A DNA stretch of 64,000 nucleotides, from assembly GCA_045650045.1 (NCBI GenBank), contig JAZRQU010000075.1, positions 32,043 through 96,042 on the forward strand, written 5' to 3'. This DNA is from Candidatus Egerieisoma sp. GTDB lineage: Bacteria > Bacteroidota > Bacteroidia > Bacteroidales > UBA932. Position 1 is the first letter of the stretch; each line of letters opens with the position of its first letter. The translations under genes and the position numbers were made by a program. The notes beneath the pieces were generated by a model. It worked only from the letters and a program-made list of their open reading frames with translations. It ran no database searches and was not told the DNA's origin. Positions 28,618 through 37,387 of this stretch are shown here, piece after piece.

Positions 28618-29406
28618 TTACTTCTTCTCCACAAGTTTAACCTTGAACATCTTAGGCCAATATTTACCGGTCACATAGATATCTCCAGTGGCAGGATTCA
28701 ATGCAATACCGTTGAGTACATCGGTACCGGGTTTTCTCAAGGCAGCAGGCAACAGCCCTCTGCAGTCTACCCTTCCCTTAACTTTTCCTGTAGCGGGATC
28801 AATGATAAGAATATAGTCTTGAGTATAAACGTTAGCCCAAATCTCACCGTTAATCCACTCCAGTTCGTTGATAAACGGCACAGGCTGTCCGCCAAGTGTC
28901 ACCTCCTTGAACGAACGTACTGCAAACGTTTGCGGATCGAGGAAATAAATTTTGGTGGAACCGTCTGAAAGAATCAGGTCCTTACCGTTGGTTGTAAGCC
29001 CCCATCCCTCACGTGGATTGTAGAATTCTCCAAGAAATTTCCATGTAGCAATATCGTACACAAAACATTTGTGTTCCTGCCAGGTAAGGATATAAAGACG
29101 CCCGTCCAACACACAGGAACCCTCTACAAAATACCTTGCATCAAAATTCAATCTCCTCAAATCCTTGCCGGTTTTAAGTTGAACTTTACGGAACGACGAA
29201 CTTCCATACTGTCCACAACTCTCATAAAGATCCCCGTTATGGAAAAACAGCCCCTGAGTATAGGCACTCCTCTCATGCGGCAAACTCTCAACAACCTGAA
29301 ACTTATACTCTTTCACCTTCTGCGCACATCCCACAAGCGGCAACAACATAAAAACCGCAGCCAACATCACAATCCCATATTTTACTCCCGACAAATTCTT
29401 CTTCAT
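28618..29406 (-). CDS. Glutaminyl-peptide cyclotransferase (beta-propeller glutamine cyclotransferase family)
   Basis: Lipoprotein-like N-terminus LLPLVGCAQ; ESCGQYGSS and repeated propeller-blade pattern; 262 aa. Confidence 0.75.
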   Translation of the reverse strand: MKKNLSGVKYGIVMLAAVFMLLPLVGCAQKVKEYKFQVVESLPHERSAYTQGLFFHNGDLYESCGQYGSSSFRKVQLKTGKDLRRLNFDARYFVEGSCVLDGRLYILTWQEHKCFVYDIATWKFLGEFYNPREGWGLTTNGKDLILSDGSTKIYFLDPQTFAVRSFKEVTLGGQPVPFINELEWINGEIWANVYTQDYILIIDPATGKVKGRVDCRGLLPAALRKPGTDVLNGIALNPATGDIYVTGKYWPKMFKVKLVEKK

Positions 29407-29422
29407 ATCAATTCAAAAAAAA

Positions 29423-30718
29423 TTACAAATTATAAATATATTTCTCAGATTCACTGGTAATTACAAAATGACCGTCATCTGTAAACTTGATTGCAGACGG
29501 AGTCCACTTTATAGACTCCAACGCATCCAGCACCTTCTGCGGAACATTATGTGTATAAACACCTTTAGAGCATATTACAGAAATGCCGTTCTCTGTAAAA
29601 TAACAGTGTTTGGGCTTGCCGTACTGCTTCCTGGCTTTGGTGATATGCTCCATAATGGCCTCGGACGCATAACATTTGTGCTTGCTCACTACCGCCCACT
29701 CTCCTTTCATATTGAAACAGGCAGACTGCACATGATCGGCATTGGAAATATCCGACAAAGCCTTAACCATCCCAACGGGTCCGCCGTTCACGAAAAACTC
29801 ATAATAATCGTAAACTATCACATACGAACCATTGTCGAGAATATTGATATCCTCAAACTTTTTTACCGCACTGTGGACAAACTTCAGGTACCCTTTGAAA
29901 TCCTCAGGCAAATGTCCCTGCCAATAATAGCCATTTGTTCCAAAAGCAAAAACTCCTCCCAAAACCGGAGCCAGTGAAGCTACCCTGCAACGTCCATACT
30001 CTTCTATCTTACTGGCAATTTTAGCATATGGTGATGACTGAATCTTCTGCTGTACTCTCTTCCCGATAAATTCTGCAACCGGCTCCACAGGAAGCAACTG
30101 CTCACCAGTCTTCTCCTGCAGCAATTCCAATGCCGGTTTGACCAGAAACGAAGTATAAAGATAATTCATCAGGAAATTCTTCTTAGCCACCTGAACCGTT
30201 GCCATATCGGTAACTGCAAGACGACCAACGACATAAGTCTTTATCTCGTCGGGAGACTTTCCTTCAAGAGCAGGGTTTGAAGTTATGAAAGATTCCAGCG
30301 GCAGCACAATATTAAGAAGTGCAACAGTATCTCCATTATCTGTCAGAAGAGTTTCCCCCTGCAGTACCGCCTTATTGTTGGACAAGCTCTCATGATTCTT
30401 CAAAGCAACGCCAACATACGAAGTCTTTGGCTCACAGAACATCTCAACAAGCTTCATCACATCAGAAGAGGCACCATACTGCGCAATATTGATTGACATA
30501 TACGGTTTCTTGAGGGCATTCATCTGAAACTGAATGTCATAAATTGCTTTCTGCTGATAAAAATCATGCTCAAACGCCTGATCAAACGAAACAATATGCA
30601 CCTTATGGGCACTGTCAAATTCATACACCGCCTTTGCATTCTGCGCAATCTGCTTTGCCTGGGCAAACAGCCCCATGCACACCATCGAGAATACAACTAA
30701 TAATAAAAGCCTTTTCAT
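29423..30718 (-). CDS. Hypothetical exported protein (431 aa)
   Basis: Signal peptide ...GLFA|Q. No recognised motif. Confidence 0.65.
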   Translation of the reverse strand: MKRLLLLVVFSMVCMGLFAQAKQIAQNAKAVYEFDSAHKVHIVSFDQAFEHDFYQQKAIYDIQFQMNALKKPYMSINIAQYGASSDVMKLVEMFCEPKTSYVGVALKNHESLSNNKAVLQGETLLTDNGDTVALLNIVLPLESFITSNPALEGKSPDEIKTYVVGRLAVTDMATVQVAKKNFLMNYLYTSFLVKPALELLQEKTGEQLLPVEPVAEFIGKRVQQKIQSSPYAKIASKIEEYGRCRVASLAPVLGGVFAFGTNGYYWQGHLPEDFKGYLKFVHSAVKKFEDINILDNGSYVIVYDYYEFFVNGGPVGMVKALSDISNADHVQSACFNMKGEWAVVSKHKCYASEAIMEHITKARKQYGKPKHCYFTENGISVICSKGVYTHNVPQKVLDALESIKWTPSAIKFTDDGHFVITSESEKYIYNL

Positions 30719-30753
30719 GACATCATTGATCTATCAGGCAAAAATAGAAAAAA

Positions 30754-31548
30754 TCATCGGGAATCTGCTTTTTTTATATATACAGGTGCCCAAGCATATA
30801 TAGTTCTGAGCTTATACCTCTTGCATAACTTTTCAAAAAGATCTGCAATCTCCCTGAAGTACTCATCCCGGAATGTTACATTATCCAGCCTGCAATACTT
30901 GTGGATACCCATACCATAAACAGGATCATATTTCAAAATAATGTCATTCCTTATAGTGCGGCGCTGCCAACTTGAATAACATGTATCAATCTGCCAATCA
31001 GGATCTTTAGCATACTTGTCAAATATATCATACAAAGGAACTCTCAGATTCTTCAATACATCTTTGGAATCTTCGTCGTCTTTATAAAACGTTATAACCC
31101 TATAATGTTTATCTACAACTGAAAACATCCTTCTCAAATTGCTATATGTACTGATTTCCAGTTGTCTTTGAAGATCTTCACTAAGCCACTTCCCAAAAAT
31201 TATTGAATCTTTGAATGTGCAAACAATAGAACTGTCCGCAGGATCCATATACAGCTTCAGATTCTTTTTGTTCAACTTCATGAAATAGTAGAAATAAGAT
31301 GTGAACTTATCTTCTTTTTTCAACTCCTTTTTATTCTTCAGCAGGACATCAATATCAGTAAAATAATCACCGGTAGCACTGTTGAACATATAAATCCACA
31401 TCTGATCTTTAATCCACCTATTGGAATCCAATTGTCTGTAATCCTCAAGTGTATGAATTTTCAATAATTTACGTTCCTCCAATGTTAACTTATATGAGGT
31501 GCAGGAACAGCAGATGAGAATAAGTATAAGAGTTTGTTTCAGGCGCAT
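30754..31548 (-). CDS. Hypothetical lipoprotein, AT-rich
   Basis: ORF-track start 31554 is TTG; ATG at 31548 gives MRLKQTLILILICCSC. No recognised motif. Confidence 0.6.
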   Translation of the reverse strand: MRLKQTLILILICCSCTSYKLTLEERKLLKIHTLEDYRQLDSNRWIKDQMWIYMFNSATGDYFTDIDVLLKNKKELKKEDKFTSYFYYFMKLNKKNLKLYMDPADSSIVCTFKDSIIFGKWLSEDLQRQLEISTYSNLRRMFSVVDKHYRVITFYKDDEDSKDVLKNLRVPLYDIFDKYAKDPDWQIDTCYSSWQRRTIRNDIILKYDPVYGMGIHKYCRLDNVTFRDEYFREIADLFEKLCKRYKLRTIYAWAPVYIKKADSR

Positions 31549-31611
31549 AAACAAAGAATTGGAATTTTCTCAAAAATACACATTTTTAAAAGATTTTCCA
31601 CGTAAATGAAA

Positions 31612-31919
31612 TCCCTCATCCCGACAAAACATCCAGGAACAGCCTGCGAAACGTGGAGGAAATGTTCTCCGAGCGCAAAATATCCATGAATGGACATCAG
31701 AACGAGGAGGAAATGAGTACCATGAGCAAAACATCCATGAATACCCTGCGAGACGTGGAGGAAATCCCTCCGCAGAAGAAGAATGTCCCGTAAAACGCCA
31801 CAATTCCGGGAGAAACTGCCTCCGCAGAAGAAGAATGTCCCGGGAAACGGCACAATTCCGGGAGAAATGGCCACGGAGATGGAGAAACATCCTGGTTTTG
31901 GGGGTAATTTCGGGAGAAA
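31612..31919 (-). repeat. Repeat array 3 (reverse orientation): three 52-bp units at 31764, 31816, 31868 preceded by three diverged 51-bp units (~31612, 31663, 31714)
   Basis: 52-bp units end in CCGGGAGAAA / TCGGGAGAAA; 51-bp units end in GGAGGAAA. The array fills a divergent intergenic region. Confidence 0.9.
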
Positions 31920-32012
31920 AATGCACCCCACTGAAAATACTTGTAACAAAGTGCAATTTGTGTTATTATTTTTTGTATTTTTGCATGATTTTAACCAAAA
32001 TACGCTTAAATT

Positions 32013-32852
32013 ATGTTACTTATTGCCGACTGCGGTTCTACAAAAGTTGATTGGCGCGCCATTGCAGCTGATGGCACTGTCAAATCAGTAAATACTGAGG
32101 GTATCAACCCTGTGTTCCTTTCTTCGGAGGACATTTCAAAAATCCTTGAGGAGAAAGTTGTTCCAGCTATTGGAACTGACGTTAAAGAGATTTATTTCTA
32201 CGGTGCAGGTATCCTTGCTCCAGAGCTTGCAAAGGTTCTAAGTGATGCTTTTGACAAAGTGTTCCCTGGCAACAAATCATTTGTGGCTTCAGACCTTCTT
32301 GCAGCAGCGAGAGCACTTTGCGGTCACAGCGCAGGTATCGCATGCATCATGGGTACAGGTGCAAACACCTGTTTCTACGATGGCGAGGAGATTGTGAACA
32401 ATGTAAGAGCCGGCGGATTCATCCTTGGTGATGAGGCTTCTGGCGGAGTACTTGGAAAGAAACTTATGGCCGATTTCATCAAAGGCCTTCTTCCAAAGGA
32501 GATTGAGGAGGAGTTTGTAAAGAGATATGACCTTGACTACATGAAGATTGTACAGAAGGTTTACCGCGAGCCGCTTCCAAGCAAATGGTTGGCTTCATTC
32601 TCTCCGTTCATCTCTGAGTTCAGGGACAACCCTCACATCAACAACCTTATCAGAACCAGCTTTGACGAGTTCTTCAAACGCAACATCGTACACTACGATT
32701 ACAAGAACTACCCTGTAAACCTTGTTGGTTCAATTGCACACTACTACGAGGATATCCTTAAGGATGTGGCTGCACAGAACGGTGCAACCATCGGAAAGAT
32801 CATCAAGTCACCTATCGACGGTCTTGTTGAGTACCACACCAACGCTATCTAA
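32013..32852 (+). CDS. BadF/BadG/BcrA/BcrD-type ATPase, N-acetylglucosamine/N-acetylmuramic acid kinase-like
   Basis: ASKHA phosphate-binding motifs LIADCGSTKVDW and MGTGANTC. Directly upstream of murQ. Confidence 0.75.
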   Translation: MLLIADCGSTKVDWRAIAADGTVKSVNTEGINPVFLSSEDISKILEEKVVPAIGTDVKEIYFYGAGILAPELAKVLSDAFDKVFPGNKSFVASDLLAAARALCGHSAGIACIMGTGANTCFYDGEEIVNNVRAGGFILGDEASGGVLGKKLMADFIKGLLPKEIEEEFVKRYDLDYMKIVQKVYREPLPSKWLASFSPFISEFRDNPHINNLIRTSFDEFFKRNIVHYDYKNYPVNLVGSIAHYYEDILKDVAAQNGATIGKIIKSPIDGLVEYHTNAI

Positions 32853-32865
32853 TTGAGATTATTCT

Positions 32866-32909
32866 TCCCGACAGGGATTTCCGGTGAGGCCGTGGATTAT
32901 CTGTCGGGA
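32866..32909. repeat. Inverted repeat TCCCGACAG-N26-CTGTCGGGA just after the kinase stop codon (CTGTCGGG motif family)
   Basis: Arms at 32866-32874 and 32901-32909, read directly. Confidence 0.6.
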
Positions 32910-32943
32910 TTAAAATAGAAAAATACAAATAAAACATACAATC

Positions 32944-33759
32944 ATGACAAAAGTTACAGAGCAATCTTCAAATTACGCTAATTTGGATCAGATGACAACT
33001 GCAGAGTTGTTGCAGAACATGAACAAAGAGGACAAGACAGTTCCTGTTGCAGTTGAGAAATGTATTCCAGAAATTGAGAAACTTGTAGACGGTATCGTTG
33101 AGAGAATGAAGAAAGGTGGTAGACTTTTCTACCTTGGTGCAGGTACCAGCGGAAGACTTGGTATCCTTGACGCTTCTGAGATCCCTCCTACATACGGTGC
33201 TCCATTTGATCTTATCATCGGTCTTATTGCAGGTGGTGACACAGCTATCCGTAAAGCAGTTGAGAACGCTGAGGATGACTGGGATGGCGGTTGGAGAGAC
33301 ATGCAGCCTTACAACGTTAACGAGAACGACGTAGTTGTAGGTATTGCTGCCAGCGGTAGTACTCCTTACGTTATCGGTGCTGTTAAAGAGGCTAGAAAAC
33401 GTGGTATCCTTACAGGTTGTATCACTTGTAACCCAGGTGCTGCAGTTGCTGCTGAGGTAGACGTTCCAATCGTGGCTGTTGTAGGTCCTGAGTTTGTAAC
33501 AGGTTCTACACGTATGAAATCAGGTACTGCACAGAAACTTATCCTTAACATGATCTCAACTTCAACCATGATTAAGATGGGTCACGTTAAAGGCAACAAG
33601 ATGGTTGACATGCAGCTTTCAAACGCTAAACTTGTAGACCGCGGTACCAGAATGATTATGGGTGAGACTGACATTACAGATTACGAGTACGCAAAATCAT
33701 TGCTTCTTGAGCACGGTTCTGTAAGAAATGCAGTTGATTTCTATAACTCACAGAAATAA
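32944..33759 (+). CDS. murQ: N-acetylmuramic acid 6-phosphate etherase MurQ
   Basis: SIS domain with GAGTSGRLG and GSTRMKSGTAQK motifs; 271 aa. Confidence 0.9.
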   Translation: MTKVTEQSSNYANLDQMTTAELLQNMNKEDKTVPVAVEKCIPEIEKLVDGIVERMKKGGRLFYLGAGTSGRLGILDASEIPPTYGAPFDLIIGLIAGGDTAIRKAVENAEDDWDGGWRDMQPYNVNENDVVVGIAASGSTPYVIGAVKEARKRGILTGCITCNPGAAVAAEVDVPIVAVVGPEFVTGSTRMKSGTAQKLILNMISTSTMIKMGHVKGNKMVDMQLSNAKLVDRGTRMIMGETDITDYEYAKSLLLEHGSVRNAVDFYNSQK

Positions 33760-33780
33760 TTAAAACCAAAAAGACTCATT

Positions 33781-33810
33781 AAGGAGATTCTATAACGGAT
33801 TCTCCTTTTT
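33781..33810 (+). terminator. Intrinsic terminator after murQ (AAGGAGA / TCTCCTT stem plus T-tract)
   Basis: Stem arms at 33781-33787 and 33801-33807, followed by TTTTTGAGTTTT. Confidence 0.6.
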
Positions 33811-33833
33811 GAGTTTTATTCGTAAAAAATACA

Positions 33834-34448
33834 ATGTTCAAACAGAAATATTCCTCACAGTTATTGGAGAAGGCAGTTGATGAGTTTGCGTCGCTTCCCG
33901 GCATTGGAAGAAAAAGCGCATTGAGACTTGCCCTGCATCTTCTCAAGCAGCCTGTAGAGAATATTGAACGGTTCGGCAATTCATTCATTGCCTTGCGCAG
34001 AGGGGTTAAATATTGCAACACCTGCAACATGATTGCAGATTCCAACCTTTGCTCCGTTTGTGCAGACACCCGAAGGGACAAATCTGTGATTTGCGTGGTG
34101 GAGAGCATCAGGGATGTATTGAGCATTGAAAATACAGAGCAGTTCAACGGCCTCTACCATGTCCTGGGTGGAATCATTTCCCCAATGGACGGCATCGGAC
34201 CGGCAGACCTACCTATCGGGAAGCTGATAGAGAGGGTGCAGGAAGGGGATGTGAAGGAGGTAATCCTTGCTCTGAGTACAAGTATGGAGGGTGAGACTAC
34301 ATCCTTCTTCCTGTACAAGAAACTGAGTGCATTGAATATTAAAATCAGTACTATAGCACGTGGTGTGGGTTTTGGCGACGACCTTGAGTATACAGATGAG
34401 CTTACCCTTGGAAAATCTATCCAGAACAGACACCTGTTTAAACTTTAA
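33834..34448 (+). CDS. recR: Recombination protein RecR
   Basis: HhH LPGIGRKSALRLA, C4 zinc finger CNTCNMIADSNLCSVC, Toprim-like C-terminal half. Confidence 0.9.
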   Translation: MFKQKYSSQLLEKAVDEFASLPGIGRKSALRLALHLLKQPVENIERFGNSFIALRRGVKYCNTCNMIADSNLCSVCADTRRDKSVICVVESIRDVLSIENTEQFNGLYHVLGGIISPMDGIGPADLPIGKLIERVQEGDVKEVILALSTSMEGETTSFFLYKKLSALNIKISTIARGVGFGDDLEYTDELTLGKSIQNRHLFKL

Positions 34449-34458
34449 CTAACTTTTT

Positions 34459-35904
34459 ATGAATTCAACTATTCTGTTAATCACTTTTGTACTGTATACC
34501 TTGCTTCTTTTTGGTATTGCTTGGTTGACCAGCCGCAACGCCGACAGCAAGACTTACTTTACAGGTAACAAAAGCTCAAACTGGTTCCTTGTTGCTTTTG
34601 GTATGATCGGTTCATCAATGAGTGGTGTATCTTTCATGTCATTGCCGGGTAACGTTATCAACGAGAACTTCTACTATATGCCAATGGTATTTGGTATGTT
34701 CTTCGGTTACGCTATCATTGCAGGACTTCTGTTGCCATTGTACTTCAAATTGAACCTTACTTCAATTTACACTTACCTTGAGCAGCGTTTTGGAACTTTC
34801 AGCTACAAGACCGGTGCATCTTTCTTCCTCATTTCTAGACTTTTGGGTGCTACCGTAAGGACATTCCTTGTAATCTTTGTGCTTTACAACTTTGTGCTTC
34901 AGCCACTTGGCGTTCCATTCATTGTAGCAGCAATTGTATTTGTAGGTTTGGCTATCCTTTACACAATGAAGGGTGGTGTCAAGACCATCATCTACACAGA
35001 TACAATTCAGACAACATTTATGATCCTTGCAATTGTTGCTTCTTGCGTTGCAATCTGCGGACAGTTGGACTGGAACCTTGGCGATATGCTGAAGAATGTT
35101 CACGAGAGCCACTTCTCAAACATGTTCAACCATGATTCAGCAGCAGCAACCAACTGGATAAAGAGATTCCTTAGTGGTGTCCTTATCCCGATAGCAATGA
35201 CCGGTCTCGACCAGGCAATGATGCAGAAGAGCTTGAGCTGCAAGAACATCAAAGAGGCTCAGAAGAACGTTATGACCTCAATCCTTATGATGATCCCTAT
35301 CAACTTGCTATTTGTAACTCTTGGTGCTGTTCTTGCAATCTTTATGCAGGGTCATCCGGAGCTTATTGAGCAGGTTACAACTGCAGCCGGCAAACTTGAG
35401 GCAGACAAGATCTTCCCTACAGTTGCCCTTACACTTGGCCCAGTTGTAGGTGTTATCTTCTTTGTAGGTCTTATTTCAGCTGCATATCCTACTTGTGCAA
35501 ATGCCCTTACCTCACTTACAACTTCAACTTGTATCGACTTGGTAGGCATTGAGAAACACGGTTGGGATGATGACAAGAAGAAGAAAGTAAGAATGAACGT
35601 TACCTACATTATGGCTGCTTTGTTCGTATTGATGATTTGTGTATTCAACATCCTTAAGAACGACGCCGTAATCAACATGGTTTACCAGATTGCATCATAC
35701 ACTTATGGTCCGCTTCTTGGTCTGTTCATGTTGGGTATCCTTACCAAGGTTAAGATTCAGGATAAAGTTGTACCTTACGTTTGCGTGCTTGCACCAGTTA
35801 TCTGTTTCTTCATTGAGAACTACGTATTCAGCTTCGGTTTCTCATTGATCGCAGTTTGTGCAGGAATCACAATGGGTGGTCTTCTTCTATTCAGAAAGAA
35901 ATAA
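34459..35904 (+). CDS. Sodium:solute symporter family transporter
   Basis: 481 aa with ~13 hydrophobic segments; SSF-like organisation. Confidence 0.8.
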   Translation: MNSTILLITFVLYTLLLFGIAWLTSRNADSKTYFTGNKSSNWFLVAFGMIGSSMSGVSFMSLPGNVINENFYYMPMVFGMFFGYAIIAGLLLPLYFKLNLTSIYTYLEQRFGTFSYKTGASFFLISRLLGATVRTFLVIFVLYNFVLQPLGVPFIVAAIVFVGLAILYTMKGGVKTIIYTDTIQTTFMILAIVASCVAICGQLDWNLGDMLKNVHESHFSNMFNHDSAAATNWIKRFLSGVLIPIAMTGLDQAMMQKSLSCKNIKEAQKNVMTSILMMIPINLLFVTLGAVLAIFMQGHPELIEQVTTAAGKLEADKIFPTVALTLGPVVGVIFFVGLISAAYPTCANALTSLTTSTCIDLVGIEKHGWDDDKKKKVRMNVTYIMAALFVLMICVFNILKNDAVINMVYQIASYTYGPLLGLFMLGILTKVKIQDKVVPYVCVLAPVICFFIENYVFSFGFSLIAVCAGITMGGLLLFRKK

Positions 35905-35907
35905 TTT

Positions 35908-36501
35908 ATGACACAAATTGAGCTTCTGGTTCTTGCCATCAGTCTTACATTTGATACTTTTGCCGTATCAGTTGGTGGCGGAATCTCAATGCCAAATATG
36001 AAACTCTCAAGGAAGGCTATGGTTATAGCCTTCTTTGGTGTTTTTCAGGCAGCATATCTGTTTGCCGGCTGGTTTCTTGGATACCAGGCAGCCTCATTCA
36101 TTGTTGAATGGGACCACTGGGTAGCATTCGTAATCCTCACTTATCTTGGCGGCAATATGTTCCTTGGAGCTTTGAAAGGAGATGATTCCTCTGAATCCGG
36201 TGACGGCGGTGCCAGCAAACGCGATTTCCTTTGCATCAAGCGTCTTGCGGTACTGGCCACAGCCACCAGCATAGATGCAATTGCAGTTGGTGCTTCATTA
36301 GCAATGCTGGATATAGATCTGCAGAATATTGGTTTCACTACATTCTACACTTTTGTTGCTACAGCGGTTGCAGCCTATATTGGTTTGCAAGGCGGCAGCA
36401 AACTCGGCCACAAAGCCGGCAAGAAAGCCGAAATCTGGGGCGGTGTGATTCTGATTATCATAGGCATGAAGATACTCATAGAACACGTCATAACATTCTG
36501 A
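35908..36501 (+). CDS. mntP: Manganese efflux pump MntP
   Basis: Two DUF204 repeats (FDTFAVS and SIDAIAVG); 197 aa. Confidence 0.85.
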   Translation: MTQIELLVLAISLTFDTFAVSVGGGISMPNMKLSRKAMVIAFFGVFQAAYLFAGWFLGYQAASFIVEWDHWVAFVILTYLGGNMFLGALKGDDSSESGDGGASKRDFLCIKRLAVLATATSIDAIAVGASLAMLDIDLQNIGFTTFYTFVATAVAAYIGLQGGSKLGHKAGKKAEIWGGVILIIIGMKILIEHVITF

Positions 36502-36507
36502 TATCAG

Positions 36508-36536
36508 GCCCTCGGAGTTGCTCCGGGGGCTTTTTT
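36508..36536 (+). terminator. Intrinsic terminator after mntP (GCCCTCGGAG / CTCCGGGGGC stem plus T6)
   Basis: Arms at 36508-36517 and 36521-36530; T6 at 36531-36536. Confidence 0.75.
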
Positions 36537-36553
36537 GTTGCTGGAGGAGTGGT

Positions 36554-36850
36554 TTTCTCCCGGTTTTGTGGTGATTTCCGGGACATTTTCTCTCGGCGGC
36601 TGCAGTTTCTCCCGGTTTTGTGGCGCTTTCCAGGACATTTCCATTCCTTGGCAACAGTTTCTCCCGGAAATCCCCCCAGAATCAGGATGTTTCCCCTCCT
36701 ATACACAATTTCCTCCCGGTTTTGTGGCGCTTTCCGGGACATTTTCATTCCTCCGCAACAGTTTCTCCCGAAAATCCCCACAGAATCAGGATATTTCCCC
36801 TCCTGTACACAATTTTCTCCCGGTTTTGTGGCGCTTTCCAGGACAAATCT
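36554..36850 (+). repeat. 52-bp tandem repeat array 4 (forward; unit starts 36554, 36606, 36658, 36710, 36762, 36814) with two alternating unit subtypes
   Basis: Exact 52-bp register read directly. A-type units carry CCCGGTTTTGTGGCGCTTTCCGGG; B-type units (36658, 36762) read CCCGGAAATCCCCCCAGAATCAGGATGTTTCCCCTCC. Confidence 0.95.
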
Positions 36851-36861
36851 CTACACAGCAA

Positions 36862-36893
36862 CAAAAAACGTCCTTCGCTTCACGCGAAGGACG
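36862..36893 (-). terminator. Intrinsic terminator of rnpB (10-bp stem CGTCCTTCGC / GCGAAGGACG, T6 on the minus strand)
   Basis: Arms at 36869-36878 and 36884-36893; A6 on the plus strand at 36863-36868. Confidence 0.75.
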
Positions 36894-36897
36894 CTAA

Positions 36898-37325
36898 ATT
36901 GTGGGCGGATCTATAAGCCGAGTTCTGTACTTCAGACTGGTACCAGGAGGCACCCTAAGAAGTTCCTATCATTTATCTGTCGCAGCCTACCCCCCAGCAA
37001 CGGACGAGCAACCCTTAACTGCTGGTATACATGGCCTTGCAGGATGCAGTAGGATACCGCTATAATGTCGCCATCATAACCCGTGGGCTCTTACCCCACA
37101 TTTTCACCCTTACCGCAGTAATGCAGTCAAGCAACCCGAAGGTCTTCTGCTGCGCGCAAAGACTATGAAGTCTTGTAACAGGTACGTGACCTGACGCTTC
37201 TGCGGCGGTAATTTTCTGTTACCCTTGCATAAACTCATCGCCTATCTGTGCTTTCCACAGTGCAGTGCTCTACCCTGCCCGGACTTTCCTCCCAATTTCT
37301 TGAGCGATAGGACGACCCGCCGGTG
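36898..37325 (-). ncRNA. rnpB: RNase P RNA, bacterial type A
   Basis: The minus-strand read contains GGGAGGAAAGTCCGGGC and ACAGAACTCGGCTTATAG (the two P4 strands). It also has GCGGTAAGGGTGAAA..GTGGGGTAAGAGCCCAC modules and a P1 pairing GGCGGGTC/GATCCGCC. A -7 box TATCTTTG (plus strand 37326-37333) lies immediately upstream. Confidence 0.9.
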
Positions 37326-37387
37326 CAAAGATACATAAAATTCGTAAACCGCTACAATGAATAAGCGCAGGAGTAAATAGCGCAAAA

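Noticed and set aside
36231-37052. 273-aa ORF on the plus strand
   Set aside because: It overlaps the 3' end of mntP out of frame, then runs through array 4 and into the RNase P RNA gene. It is explained entirely by those features.
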